DNA of 64,000 nt, taken from positions 5,890,001 to 5,954,000 of the forward strand of contig JBHGNT010000007.1 in the NCBI GenBank assembly GCA_043228905.1, read 5' to 3'. Below, one piece after another: positions 26,632 to 38,778 of this stretch. The position numbers were made by a program, and so were the translations under genes. The notes below the pieces were generated by a model. That model was not told the origin of the DNA. It did no database searches and worked only from the letters and a program-made list of their open reading frames with translations. How positions within the stretch are numbered: the stretch's first letter is position 1; each line of letters starts with the position of its first letter. This DNA is from Azolla caroliniana (taxonomy: Eukaryota; Plantae; Polypodiophyta).

Positions 26632-28563
26632 ATGTTGGTGGCGGTGGCCGGCCAATTTGTGCGGCGCCACGTGCGGATGTTCGCATCGGAGGCGAACCTT
26701 GCGAAGCAGCAGCCCAGGATTAAGGCCGGTGCGCGCCGCCCCTCGGCTCCTCCAGTTTCTCCGGGAGAGAACACAGCCCGGCCCGATCTTCTTGGGATTG
26801 TCGCCACCAAACGCATAAGGCTGGTGCATCATCATCTCCTTGGCAGGAGGCGGTGGACGAAGCCGGGCATTAAAGCCCACGGCGGCCTTTATTTTGGCCA
26901 GGGTCATGATGGTACGCTCCCGTTGCGGATAGCCGGTGACTCGGACCTTCATGCCATCCTCGCGGGAAGCCGCGCGATTTGCCTCGCCCCCGCGGAACGG
27001 TTCCCAGACAATCCCCTGCCGCACCGGCATGCGTGGCGCATCTCCGGCGATGGCACACGCCGCTTCTCGGACCTCCAAGAAGACGCCACGTATGTCCTTG
27101 TCCACATGGAACCCCCCGGGCCGCGACCACCCCAGCCGGGAGACGCAAGCTTGCATGGCGAGCTCCGCAATAGAGCTTTCGGTGAAGAAGGCGAACTCAA
27201 TGAAGCCATGCTCCGGATTTTCTCGCCTGAACGAGGGTTCCCCGACATGGTTTGTCCGATCTCGCACTCTCTTTCTTTTTTCCCGTAGATATTCGCTTGC
27301 TTGCATTTCGAAAGGGGGAAAAAAACACCACCATGACTAACTTACAATGGATTTTAGATCCATACCATCATGACTAACTTTCAATGGAATTTGAACTCAC
27401 ACATCACCATGCCTAACTTACATTGGAATTTGGATCCACACCACAATTGACTAGCTTACAATGAATTCAAACTAACTTACAATGGAATTTGGATCCACAC
27501 CACCATGAATAGCTTACAATGAGTCCGGTCACTCCATCCCTTTCTCTCTCACACACTCATAATACAAAAGCATCCATTACCACACCAAATTGTATGTTGC
27601 CCGGAATGGAAATCTATGTGTTCGTATGACTAATGAGAAGCGAAGTGAGCTCAAAATTTTTCTTATTGAGTTACGTAAGTGGTAACTTGATTCAATGAAA
27701 AGGGACACGTATGCTTAGGTGATGCAATTGCCTTACCATGGCCCTTGCTCTTGAAAGAGTAAGTTGTAGGTTGATGTTGCACATTAGTCATTAATAATAA
27801 TGTGCACAATGTTGGATTGATCCCGTTCCACAGTAGTTATCATAGAAGTATTCTCCTATAGCCTATTATCATAGCCTCAACATGTTTTATTAAAAAATTA
27901 CAAAACAGAGACCAAACGAGATGCTCTTTTCTTATTCAACAAGAAGACGAAGTGTGAATTTTTGAGTAACTTCTCCCTCAGTCCATAACAAAAAAAAAAC
28001 ATTTAGTTGTTACAATTCATATATTAAAATAGAATTTTAAGGATTGTGATGTGGGTGATTATAATTGAGTATTCAAATAAAAAAGAACCAATCATGGGTG
28101 AAACTTTAACCACAAAAGCAAGAATAAGTCGTACAACATAATGCAAACCATTCTTGAAAAATTTAAAATTGTTAATAACAGATATCTTTTGCATTAGGTG
28201 AGCAAACAAGAATGGCGCATTGTCCAAAATGAAGAAGTTGATGCTGTCATTTCTTCTCCTCGTGCCCTTGCAATTGGTTTCCATTGCAATAAACTAACTC
28301 TCGACGAAGTTCAAGGTGCAGCCAAGCGTGTGTCTACTTGGATCCAAAAGGCAAACACTTGTAACAGTCTTGACCATTCTTTTCTTCTTAGAAAAGATAT
28401 CTATGTGGTCATGTCCGGAAACTTCTTATCTAAAGAAAAAGCCAAAAGCGTCATTCCAGCTTGCAAAAAGCACAACTTCATCCTTCTCTTGAAAAATGGC
28501 ATTAACTTTTCTATGGAAAACTCTTGTCTTCCTCCACAACAAATTTTGCCCGCTAATGTATAA
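26632..28563 (+). CDS. Uncharacterised ~327-aa protein; exons 26632-27249 and 28198-28563; possible mitochondrial presequence
   Basis: GC-rich open exon after a (GA)n leader, donor ATG|GTTTGT, acceptor TTTTGCATTAG|GTG. Both junctions are phase 0 and the second exon is open to TAA at 28561-28563. The N-terminus is Arg-rich and acid-poor (MLVAVAGQFVRRHVRMFAS). Confidence 0.65.
27330..27525 (+). repeat. Intronic minisatellite, ~38-40 bp unit, about 5 copies
   Basis: Unit CACCACCATGACTAACTTACAATGGAATTTGGATCCA repeated with variation. Confidence 0.85.
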
Positions 28564-29003
28564 TGGATATGATTAAACATCATTCAACAACCATTTCCAA
28601 ACACATACAAATGTTGTTTTTTGTCTTAAAAATGCACTTTACAAGCATCTCTTCAAGCAGATTGTGACTTTGCAATGGTTGGGAATCACATGTGATTTCT
28701 TTTATCAACAATAACTAGATATTGCTAACTCTTATTAACTTAATCAACTTAGCTTCTAAGTGCCACAATTCCCTAGGTGACTATTATTCCACGTGAGAAA
28801 TAGTGAGTAAATTCAAAATTTCTCATAGAATAATTTTCAACTAGGAATTGCTACTTTAGAAGTCAAAGAGGCTTAAATCTTCCTAAGCTTACATGTGCAT
28901 GTTAAAAGTACATCCTACATTGTGAGAGACATATACCATGGTGTAATGTGTTATTAAAACAAAAATACGTACATGCCAAATCATCATCATCATTCAAGAG
29001 CCT

Positions 29004-29435
29004 TGTTATGCCCTTAGATTATGGGGGTCTCAAAACCACATGAAAACACAATTGGGAGGTAATTGGGATAAAAAGGATGAATTATATTATATGAAGATAT
29101 ACAAGCTTACAATGGTCCCAAGTTGGGAAAAACCAAAAATGAGGTTGGGACGAGTCAGGATTGAATTAGGACTAAACCGAGATCCGTCGGGACAACCTCC
29201 CAAAGAGATGTTGAGGGACTAGAGTGTTTCAGAGGTTACAAGACGAGAGAGTAGAACTCAGAGGTTGAGAATGAGCAAAATGAGGAGAAACTCCTCCTTA
29301 TATACCAAGATATGGCTGCTGGGATTGGCTGTCCCAACCTAGGGTGGCGCCCCTTTTGGGATTGGGATTGGGATTGGCCCCTTTTGTGAGTCCTGGTTCA
29401 AATTGGGACTACATCCCGGTTGGGATAGGATAAGC
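29004..29435 (-). mobile_element. Degenerate LTR copy related to the LTR at 31792-32306
   Basis: Collinear similarity: TGTTATGCC...AAAAGGATGA..TATATTATAT...ACAAGCTTACAATGGTCCCAAGTT...GAGGGACTAGAGTGTTTCA...GGTGGCGCCCCTTTTGGGAT. Confidence 0.7.
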
Positions 29436-29646
29436 ACCGGGGTGCAGTGGAGCTTGAGTCCCATTAAGCTGAAAAAATTGTCCCAAGTTCCTTTGTTGCT
29501 TGGGTTCGCTGTCGGGGTAGTTGTGGTTCGTGCGGCGAAGTCGCGGGGACTAAGGTTAAGGGGAGTTGAAGAAACTTAAGTTTTAATAATGCTTGTATGG
29601 TGATGATAGAATGGTTAAGGATAGTAAGACGAAGAATTACGAGTAA

Positions 29647-29695
<49 letters not shown>

Positions 29696-29854
29696 CATAG
29701 ATAAAAGATAGAGACAATGTATGATTCAAGAAAGAAGATTGAGACAAAGTATGATTCTAGAAACAAGAGTATATGATATAATCATGATGTATATTTAAAA
29801 ATATAATATTTTACCAACTTTACAATCCTTGATCGTAAGATGAATCTTTTCAAT

Positions 29855-30360
29855 ACCGACCCTTGATTTGAACCCACGACCTCAACTTCGAAACGAGAGG
29901 TTCTCCACCCAATGAGCTAGTCTTCTCTACTTGATTGTCTTATTTTCTCACTCTCTCTTGATTCCTTGATTCCCTTTTGTTTTCCTTTCCCCTCTTTTTA
30001 TAAGTATTTCCATGCATATGGTAATGTCATGCATGAGTTACATCTGATGCATGATCGCCATTTGGCGCACATGCATTGCATGTGATGCATGATAGCCATC
30101 ATACTCATTTGAGCTCCTATGTATTGGGATAAGTATAATGATGGATATAACTCTAAAACAAATAACCTAGCTTAGTGGTGTATAGTTTGTGCTTGATATA
30201 CAAGGTTGAGGGTTCAAGTCCCTCAATTTTACTTAATACAATATTTAAGTTTATTCTTATATAGTGAAGCACATTCTTGACAACATTTTAAAAAACAAAT
30301 AGCCTACCCTAGTGGTATATACATTGTGCTTGGTTTATAAGGTTGTGGGTTCAAGTGTTT
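29855..30360. repeat. Cluster of three degenerate tRNA-derived (SINE-head-like) motifs
   Basis: Minus strand ~29925-29860: TAGCTCATTGG...GAGGTCGTGGGTTCAAATC. Plus strand ~30167-30224: TAGCTTAGTGG...GGTTGAGGGTTCAAGTCCC, with a tandem copy at ~30303-30357. No intact acceptor stems. Confidence 0.6.
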
Positions 30361-30699
30361 GAAATATTATTGAATTCAATATTTAAATTTATTTTTATAT
30401 CGTGAAGCAAATCCTTCATGACATCGCGCCTTATTTCCTTCGACTATCCCTTGATCACTCTTGCATTAGTCTTTTCTAGGACTTCATCCCTTCTTGGTCG
30501 AGCTTTCGACCTTTGGTCCATCTTCTATCCTTAGTTTCTCAGTCCTTCACATGACTCCTACTTGGGAAGCATGTTTGATATTCTTTGTCTCGAGTTGATC
30601 TTCCTTGCTTGCCTTGGTTGGGAGACACTTGATTCCCAACCCTTGCTTAGTCTCACCCTTTAAAGGTTCTCGCATCCCTTTTTCCTCGTTTGCACCGAG

Positions 30700-31340
30700 T
30701 AAAATTCTCTCATCCGATTGGGTTGTTGACATAAGGAAATGGTTCAGAAGATGGGGTGTGGATGATCTTTTAGAGCTTTCGAGCAATGTTATGCATTATA
30801 TAATGATTGAGGAAAGGTTGGTGGAATCATTATGGATGAAGTGGGAAGATGCTAAGAGGACAAAGTTAGAATACTACATGGAAAATGTTAACCCTGAACG
30901 TTGGTCTCAATATAAGGCAAGAATGCATATTGATCGTATCCAACCTTATCTCATTACCAATATGCGTAGTAATGATTGTAGATCCCTCACACTACTTCGT
31001 AGTCGATCTCACAAGGTTGAAGTTGCAACGAATTTGAAGGCATGTAAAATATGCAATGAAGGCACGATAGAGGATGAATGTCACTTGCTCTTCACATGCT
31101 CGACACATTGTCATAATGCAATTCGTTCAAGATATGATGACATATTAAGAGGGAGTGATAAACTTTAGACACCGGCTAGAGGATTGAGCTCATGTTTATG
31201 CCTTATTCACGTATAAAGACTTTGTACTTCAATGTATGAATCCCCCTTCATAGGAAGGAGACATATCAAGAACACATGTATACATGGTCCCATAGGTCAA
31301 AATTGGCCTCTTTATGGATGATACAAAATTCTAATTCTAA
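30700..31340 (+). mobile_element. 3' fragment of a non-LTR retrotransposon (C-terminal Cys/His domain)
   Basis: LLRSRSHKVEV...CKICNEGTIEDECHLLFTC...IRSRY is typical of the zinc-binding end of LINE ORF2. A related fragment lies at ~54190-54350. Confidence 0.65.
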
Positions 31341-31399
31341 CTTAAAAGGTTCTGTGGAACGAAATACTCCCTTATCCATTGTTTGAAATCCTCCCAATC

Positions 31400-32306
31400 T
31401 TCAAAGGGTTCCCTCCGCTCCACCAAAAAGTACCGCTTTCTTGAGGTATCAACTAGCTACCTTCACCCATGGTCTTTGTGTCGCCCGACTTTGCTCCAAA
31501 AAGCACTCCATGTCATGGATCCAATTGTTAAGCACCAAGCACTCCGTTGTCACAACGTACTCCCTTGGGGGTACCAACTTGCAGTTTTGAAAGTCATATT
31601 CTTCATCGACCCTTTCTCTTTGGCTCCTTCTTGGTGAGCTTCCTTCCTTCGATTTCCCCATGAGGATTTCCACAAATTTGACCAAAGCAATCTCCACCGG
31701 GTTCCCTCTCGTCGTTTGCTCCTCGATGGTCCCCTTCTCCTGCCTCGACATCACGTCTTTTCCCAACTTGTGTTATCGCTATGATACCAAGTGTTATGCC
31801 ACTAGAATATGGGCGTCTCAAAATTACAAGAAAACACGGTTGGGGCAAAGAAATTTGGGATGAAAAGGATGATTTATATTATATAAAGAGATACAAGCTT
31901 ACAATGGTCCCAAGTTTGGACAAACCAAAAACCAGGTTGGGACAAGTCGGGACTCAACAAGATCCTTCGGGAAAATCTCCCAAAGAGGGACTAGAGTGTT
32001 TCAAAGATTACCATAGGAGACAATAGAACTCAGAGGTTACAAGGGGAGAGAATAGAACTTAGAGGTTGAGAATGAGAAAAATGAGGACAAGCTCCTCCTT
32101 ATATAGGCCAAGATATCATCGTTGGGCTTGCTGTTTGGAGGGCTAGTTGTTGTGTACTCCATCGGGACTACCCATTGGAACTGGTTGTCCCCACCCATAG
32201 TGGCGCCCCTTTTGGGATGGGAACTAGGACTAGGACTAGCCCCTTTTTTAGATTGGGACTGTGTGCTGGTTGGGACAAGACAAGAGCAACACAAGCCTTA
32301 CTAACA
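31400..32306 (-). mobile_element. Truncated LTR retrotransposon: 5' LTR 31792-32306, tRNA-Met PBS, gag remnant
   Basis: TGTTA...TAACA termini. GCTATGATACCA at 31778-31789 reads TGGTATCATAGC on the minus strand (PBS). A gag-like remnant (LNNWIHDMECFL) lies in ORF 31766-31449. Confidence 0.7.
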
Positions 32307-32396
32307 AGATGGTATGGTTAAATCTTGTTAATTGCAATGTCAAAGTTAAGGGCTGCTTTCGGGCGTGATTCTGTGTAGTAGAAAATATGTGTGTGT

Positions 32397-32444
<48 letters not shown>

Positions 32445-33199
32445 ACAAGGTATATAGAAAATACTAAAACTGTATTAACAAGAGAATAAACAACGAACTG
32501 TTACAAAGAAAAGGAGAAGATGCTTATGTAGTCATCTTCTCTCTATATTCTCTTACTACAACCACCTCTTGGGGAGGTGGAGACTTAACTACCTAGGAAC
32601 TATGCGTCATCGGACTTAACTTCTATGACACATTAGTTATGAATCATGATACAAAGTGGTGGGGTGTTCTCACACATGGCTATTCCCAAGGTGTGTTCCC
32701 ACACTAGGGAAGTTGAGTTTGATTCTCAACACACCCCTTCAAGATCAACTTCTGATTGCTTAGAAAGTCTAATTTTCGTCTTGTCGATGAATGGGTCGAC
32801 TTCTATAGTTAGTTTCGGCTTCAGTTGTGGGTGGTCTGCTCACTTGTGCTCATTCTGCTCTGTCTGACTCTAGGTGGGGCAACGACTATTTACTCCCCCT
32901 CAAGCTCGGCTCGTTGGTAATCGAGAGACCTAGGCTTAGCGTGAACTATCGTGGCTTTTGTGAAGATGTCGGTCGTCTGTAGGTTGATGTTGATGTGGTG
33001 CAGGTTGACATCTCCACCCACAACACGTTCTTGGATGAAATGATAGTGCACCTCAATGTGCTTAGTCCGAGCGTGGAGGACTTGATTCCGAGCTAGTTGG
33101 ATGTTGTTCATGTTGTCGCAGTAGAGGAGGTTGGGATCTTTGTAACGTTCAGATCCTTGAGGATCCTCTTAAGCTATACGACTTCATATGCTGGCACGG

Positions 33200-33816
33200 T
33201 GTCGCGGAAATCTGCGCATGCAGGTCGGTCGAACGGGACCACCGGGGTCTTTGACCAAGCAGGATGGATCGGGTGACTTGTGCTTGTAAGGAATCGACCG
33301 TTGTTTAGGTTTACAATCGGGTCGTTCTTGTTGTTGAAGATGCCTGTGTGGGTTGACTGAGAGAGAGAGAGAGAATATTTACCGCACCACAAAGATGTCG
33401 TGAAGCACGTGACACATGTGCCAAACGTTGTGATGTGCGCGTTACATGTGCGCAGACAAGCACCGGCCTCTATCCGCAAGTGGTGATGGAGGATCGAAAG
33501 GATCGTTCAAGACAATGGAATGGCAGAAGGACTAGGGCATGCGAGAAGTATTAAAGATAGATTGATAGATAGATACGGATGGGACGAATTCCCGGTTTGA
33601 ACTTTTGACTTCAAACCCTTACTTGCACCTCATAGTATGCGTTAGGCTTATTTTATATAGTTGTGTAATGAACACCTAAACACACATCACATGTGCACAT
33701 TAATGTGTTAACATACGCGTCTAACCATCACTCCTTTCATACATGTGCACATTGAACCTTCTCGATTTCCCTCGTTCCACGTGATTTTCACACTGTTGCT
33801 GAAAATCTTCACGACA
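33200..33816. mobile_element. Probable solo LTR (617 bp) inserted in RNase H of Copia A
   Basis: TGTCGCGGA...TTCACGACA termini. Removing it plus 4 bp restores the host motif GAAV(P)A(Y)EVV (cf. GAAVAACEVV). The TSD is degenerate (ACGG/GCAG). Confidence 0.65.
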
Positions 33817-36479
33817 GCAGCTGCACCCGTGTACTCTGCTGCCTCTTTGCGTGACTATGAGTTGCTTTTTGTTGCTCTAAGATATGGTTCCGTTGCCTAG
33901 GGAGAAGACAAACCCTGATGTTGATCGCTTGTCAGCTTTGTAGCCAACCCAGTCGCATCGATGTATCCTTTGGGTCAAATCGGTGTGGCCGATTTGTAGA
34001 GAATACCCATCATAGATCTTTTAAATTAGTGACTTCAGCAATGTTTTCTGGTTCATAAACAATTACCACCATCATAAAGGCATAGTCGTAATGCCATCTA
34101 GTCGTTATAGCCAAATCGACTAACTAGATTCTTCTCACAAGTGGAGTGTCCGATTTTTTCATTTGTTGTGGCAATGGCTTTCTGTACACCAAGTGTCCCC
34201 ATAATAGGCACATCAAAGCCATCAAGCTCAGTGTCGAGTGAGTGAGTTGATTCATTGTCGTCAGATTTCTTGTCGTCATATTACATCATTTTTTCCTTTC
34301 CTTTGTTTGAATTCGAACTTGGCCGTGACATGCTTTTCTCGCTTGAAGGCTCATGTGGTCCGCTCAATCTGGTTGAGATCGGACCTTAGCCGATCATTGT
34401 CCTCGGTGTCGTCAAGGTCGACTGGAAATGGTTCGAGTGGAGTTGGCTTTGGTTTGTACCAAGATGTTGATTCGTCAAAGACTACGTCCCGACTGACGCG
34501 AACCTTCTGAGTTGAGGGGTTAAGCATTTGTACCCTTTTTTCTCTAGTGTGCATCCTATGAGGATACATTTCTCCGACTTGGGATCTAGCTTTTTCCACT
34601 TTTCATCGAGAATGTGCACGTATGCAATAGAGCCGAATATCCTTATATGGGATAGATCCGACTTCTTTCCATAGTACTTCTCGTGTGGGGTGACCTCGTG
34701 CACATTGGATATTGTACATCTGTTCCTTTGGTAGATGGTTGGGCATGTTGCTTCGGCCCAATATGACTTCAACATGTGCTTCTCGTTCATCATGGCCCTT
34801 GCTACTTCGAGGATGTGCCAATTTTTGCATTCGGCCACTCTGTTTTCTCGCCAAATTCCTTCTTTACGAGGATGGACTATAAATTCATCCGAGAAGTACT
34901 CCTTTCCTCTGTCTGAATGAAGGCATCGAACATGTCGACTGGTTGCCTTTTCGACTTCGTTTTTAAATTTATGGAAGTGCGACAAGACTTCATTGTTTTG
35001 CCACTTAGGATAAATCTAGGTGTGGCTAGGGAAATCGTCGATGAATGTGATGTAGTATCACCATCCACTGAATCTGGCCATTTGAGCCAGTTCCCACACA
35101 TCTAAATGTATTACATCTAGGATCCCTTGGCGTACGTTCCTCTCTTTCGGGAACGGTTGTGGATGTTGCTTGCCGAATTGGCAAGCGTCACACACTCTTG
35201 CAATCTCCTTCTCATCAAAGGTCAGGAGTCTCATGACAACTCCTTTCGAATGCATTCCTTTAAGCTTCTGAAGATTGATGTGACCAATTCTTTTGTGCCA
35301 CAATTCAATGTTGGCGTCAGCTTTATGGACTTTTGCGAACATGGCAGATTTTATCTCATTTGACTTGAGGATAAACATTCGGCCTTCCCTTCGAACACGA
35401 GCGATAATTAGGCCTTCCTTTTCAATAAAGTAGCTTCCGTGATTGAATTGGACTTGCATGCCTTGCTCCACGATTTGGTTGACTGAGACCAGTTCGTTAT
35501 AGTTGGAACATGCAAGACGTTCTTCATGTACGTTTGTTCACCATCTTTTCCGAATGGGACATTGCCGACATACTGGATGGGGTGGATTGTGTCATCCCCT
35601 ACTTCCACATTGCTGGATCGCTCAGGCTCTCCCAAGTCTCAAAACCATTCTTGGTGAGATGTCATATGGTTCAAGGTGCCTGAGTCGACAAACCATACAT
35701 CTTCTGTGTTGGACGTACTTGGACGTACTTGTCGGGCTGGAAGCCATCATAGAATTCACTCTATGCCGCATCACTAACATTCCGCTAGGATCGTCGTAGT
35801 CAGAGTTTGAGGCAAAGGTGGTAACTCACTTTTCTTCTTCTGACACTCTGCCTCATGGTGGCCGAATTTGCCACAGTATCCCCATTGGACAGAGTTGTTT
35901 TGTCGGCTTCTTTTGTTCGACACGTCTTGCTGGTAGTAGAAGTTGTGCTCATGGGATTGCCCTTGGTTGTGTCGGCCTTGGACGAATCGGCCTCTTCTTT
36001 CACGACCGTGTCCCCTCCCTCCATCCGAGTTCGAATAGAGCATGTGTCCTTCTTGTACATTGCCCCTCGTTCAGACATGATTTTCTTCGACCAGTATTAT
36101 CGACTGGAGGTCGAAGGAGGAGGGTGGATTCTCCCTTACGAGGACGGCCACCTTATGGCACCGAACCAAGGTGCTAGGCCACTGAGGCATATTTGCACCA
36201 TTTCGTCATCGTCAAGGTTGACATTAATCGACCTGAGGGAGTGACACAACTCCTTGATCTCCAAGGTGTAGCTACTGATTGACATATCCCTTTGTTGGAT
36301 ATTGTTCAATTCTTGACGAGGTTGAAGTTTTCGTGCGGTTGTGTTGGCCATGAATATCTTTTTGAGGTTCCCCCACGGCTCCTTCGTGATGGAAACTGAG
36401 GCCGTCAATGTGAAAACATCAACAACACCTTTAGATGAAGATCACCAAGTTCACAAGAGAAAGCAAGATCAAAGAATAG

Positions 36480-36510
<31 letters not shown>

Positions 36511-38770
36511 CCAAGAGGCACACAATGTAACAATTCTTATTCCGTGGTTACAAAAATGGAGGCAACAACTCTCTAACAATAGCAACAACTTTTTGAGCGA
36601 GGTTACAAAGCTCGTTATATATTAACTGGGCTAGGGAAACTGCCCTTTGTCATATTTACACAAATGTCCTAAACCTAGAATATCCAAGGGACGGTGTGAA
36701 TATGACCATTATATGCCCATTATTCAAAGGGATCGGAATCGATCTACCAAAAACACTTGGTCATCCCATCTGTGACATTATTGGCTGTAGATATCTTCTC
36801 GAGGCCGATTTTCCTTGGAATGACACAATCCCGAACAAAGTGATATCAAACGTCGATATGGTTGAAGGCATTGTGATGAACCGGAGTTTTTGATAGAGCA
36901 ACAACACCCTCACTGTCGATGTAGACAAATGGAGCCGAGTCGGAGTTGACTTGTCGAAACGTGTGTGCCAGCTGACCGAGCTATAAAGCCTCTTTCGCCG
37001 CATCGGACACGGCTAGATATTCGGCCTTGGTTGTTGATGTGGGAGTGCACTCCTGAAGTTTCGATTTCCACGAGATTGCTACATTGCCAAATTTGAAGCA
37101 ATATCCAGTTGTTGACTTTTGACTGTCCACAAAGCTGGCAAAGTCAGAGTTGGTATAATCGACTATGCCTCATGCATTATCTGGGCCGAATAGGATGCCA
37201 TAGTCTTTTGTGCCCACGAGGTATCTGAACACATGCTTAACTGTGTTCCAATGCGGTTGACCGGGATTGTGCATAAATTGTCTGACGACTTTGATAATGT
37301 GAGCAATATCATGTTGTGTCGCGACCATCACGTACATCAAGGAGCCGATTGCCGGTGCATACGGTACCGACTTCATAACTTCCCCTTTCGACCAAATGTC
37401 AGGCAGTCTAAGCGAAGATTAATCAGGAACGGGGTCAAAGTAGATTTGGCCAATTGCATGTTAAAGCATTCTAAGACATGTTCAATATAGTCGGATTCAA
37501 ACAACTGTCTTTGAGTTCGATTTAGACTTATCTTCATCTCGAGAATGTGTTTTTCCGGACCACGGTCCTTCATGGCAAACTTCAACGGCAGTTGCTGAAC
37601 AAGTTCGGTGAGATCTCTGGCATGTCGTCCGGAGAGTAGCATGTCGTCCACGTAGATGATGAGGAAGATGGGAGACCCATCTCGAGCTATTTTCGTGAAG
37701 AGGCAATGGTCCTCATCACTCTTAGAGAAGCCAACCGACTGGATAAAGTCGTCGAACTTCTTGTACCACTGCCATGGTGCCTGCTTGAGGCCATAGAGAC
37801 TCTTCATGAGTTGACACACTAGATGTTCTTGGCCTGCTACAACGAAGACTTTCAGTTGTTCCATTTAGATTTCCTCTTCTAGGTTGCCATGGAGGAATGT
37901 TGTCTTCGCATCTAACTATATAAGCTCCAAATCTTCAGTTGCCACGACGCCGAGCATGAAGCGAAGGGTTGTCATTTTCACCACTGGTTAAAAGATCTCG
38001 TCGAAGTCGATGCCATATTCGTATCGGAAACCCTTTGCTAAGAGTCTAGCCTTGAATTTTGGGGTGGTCGAATCATACGTCTCTTTTAATATGTAGATCC
38101 ACTTGCATTAGGTGTCGGAGTCAGATGATCTAAAGCTGAATCGTTTGGCTGTGTCGAGTCGGTGGTAGAGGATTCGACTACCCGTGAAGCCGATCTTGTG
38201 TTATGGGCTGACTTCGAAAAAAGTTGTCCTTCGGACTTCAATAGGCCTTTCGATCGTTTTATGCGTAACCAACTCATTGAATGCTACATCCGAACTTTGG
38301 ACAATCTGTTTGTGCTCGGGGTCCCAGAGTTGGTATCCGATCTCGTCGTCTGATCCATAGCCAAGGAAAATACATTTCTTGGACCATGGTTCTAATTTTC
38401 GGCGGTGGTCTTTCGGTATGAGGGCATACGCCTCGCATCCGAAAATCCTTAGCTTGTCATAATTCGGCTTCCTCCCGCTCCATAATTCCTGAGTGTCATG
38501 AAGACATACATCTTGGCTTATCATGACATTCATCTTGGCGAACCAGGAATCGAACCCATAACCTCTTGGTTTACATATTGTACTTTAACCATTGTAATAA
38601 CATATGTGAGATGTAATCATAATAATTATATGTTTAGTTATTACGAGATATTTAGAACGTTCTAGATTATTCTAGAATGTTCTTGAATATTTCATGATTA
38701 TATTTATTATTATTATTATTCATAAATATCTAAAATATTCTAGAACATTCTAGAATACTCCATAAGGGCC

Positions 38771-38778
38771 TATAAATA
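38771..38778 (+). promoter_or_regulatory. TATA box of the chromovirus 5' LTR
   Basis: TATAAATA lies 33 bp upstream of the 11-mer (38804) complementary to the PBS, consistent with a start site there. Confidence 0.75.

Noticed and set aside
26566-27306. 246-aa antisense ORF and several other overlapping ORFs over the GC-rich exon
   Set aside because: Expected from high GC and few stop codons; only the plus frame has phase-compatible splice sites and a plausible leader.
27330-27525. Regularly spaced ~38-bp repeats resembling a CRISPR array (similar short arrays at 12675-12810 and 20250-20380)
   Set aside because: No unique spacers, no cas genes and a eukaryotic context; ordinary minisatellites.
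29860-29925. Possible tRNA-Arg(TCG) gene on the minus strand
   Set aside because: Acceptor and T stems do not pair; treated as a tRNA-derived repeat.
29004-32306. Single complete LTR element bounded by the two related LTRs
   Set aside because: The LTRs are clearly diverged, the left copy is incomplete and the flanks (AGCCT vs AGATG) give no TSD; kept as separate fragments.
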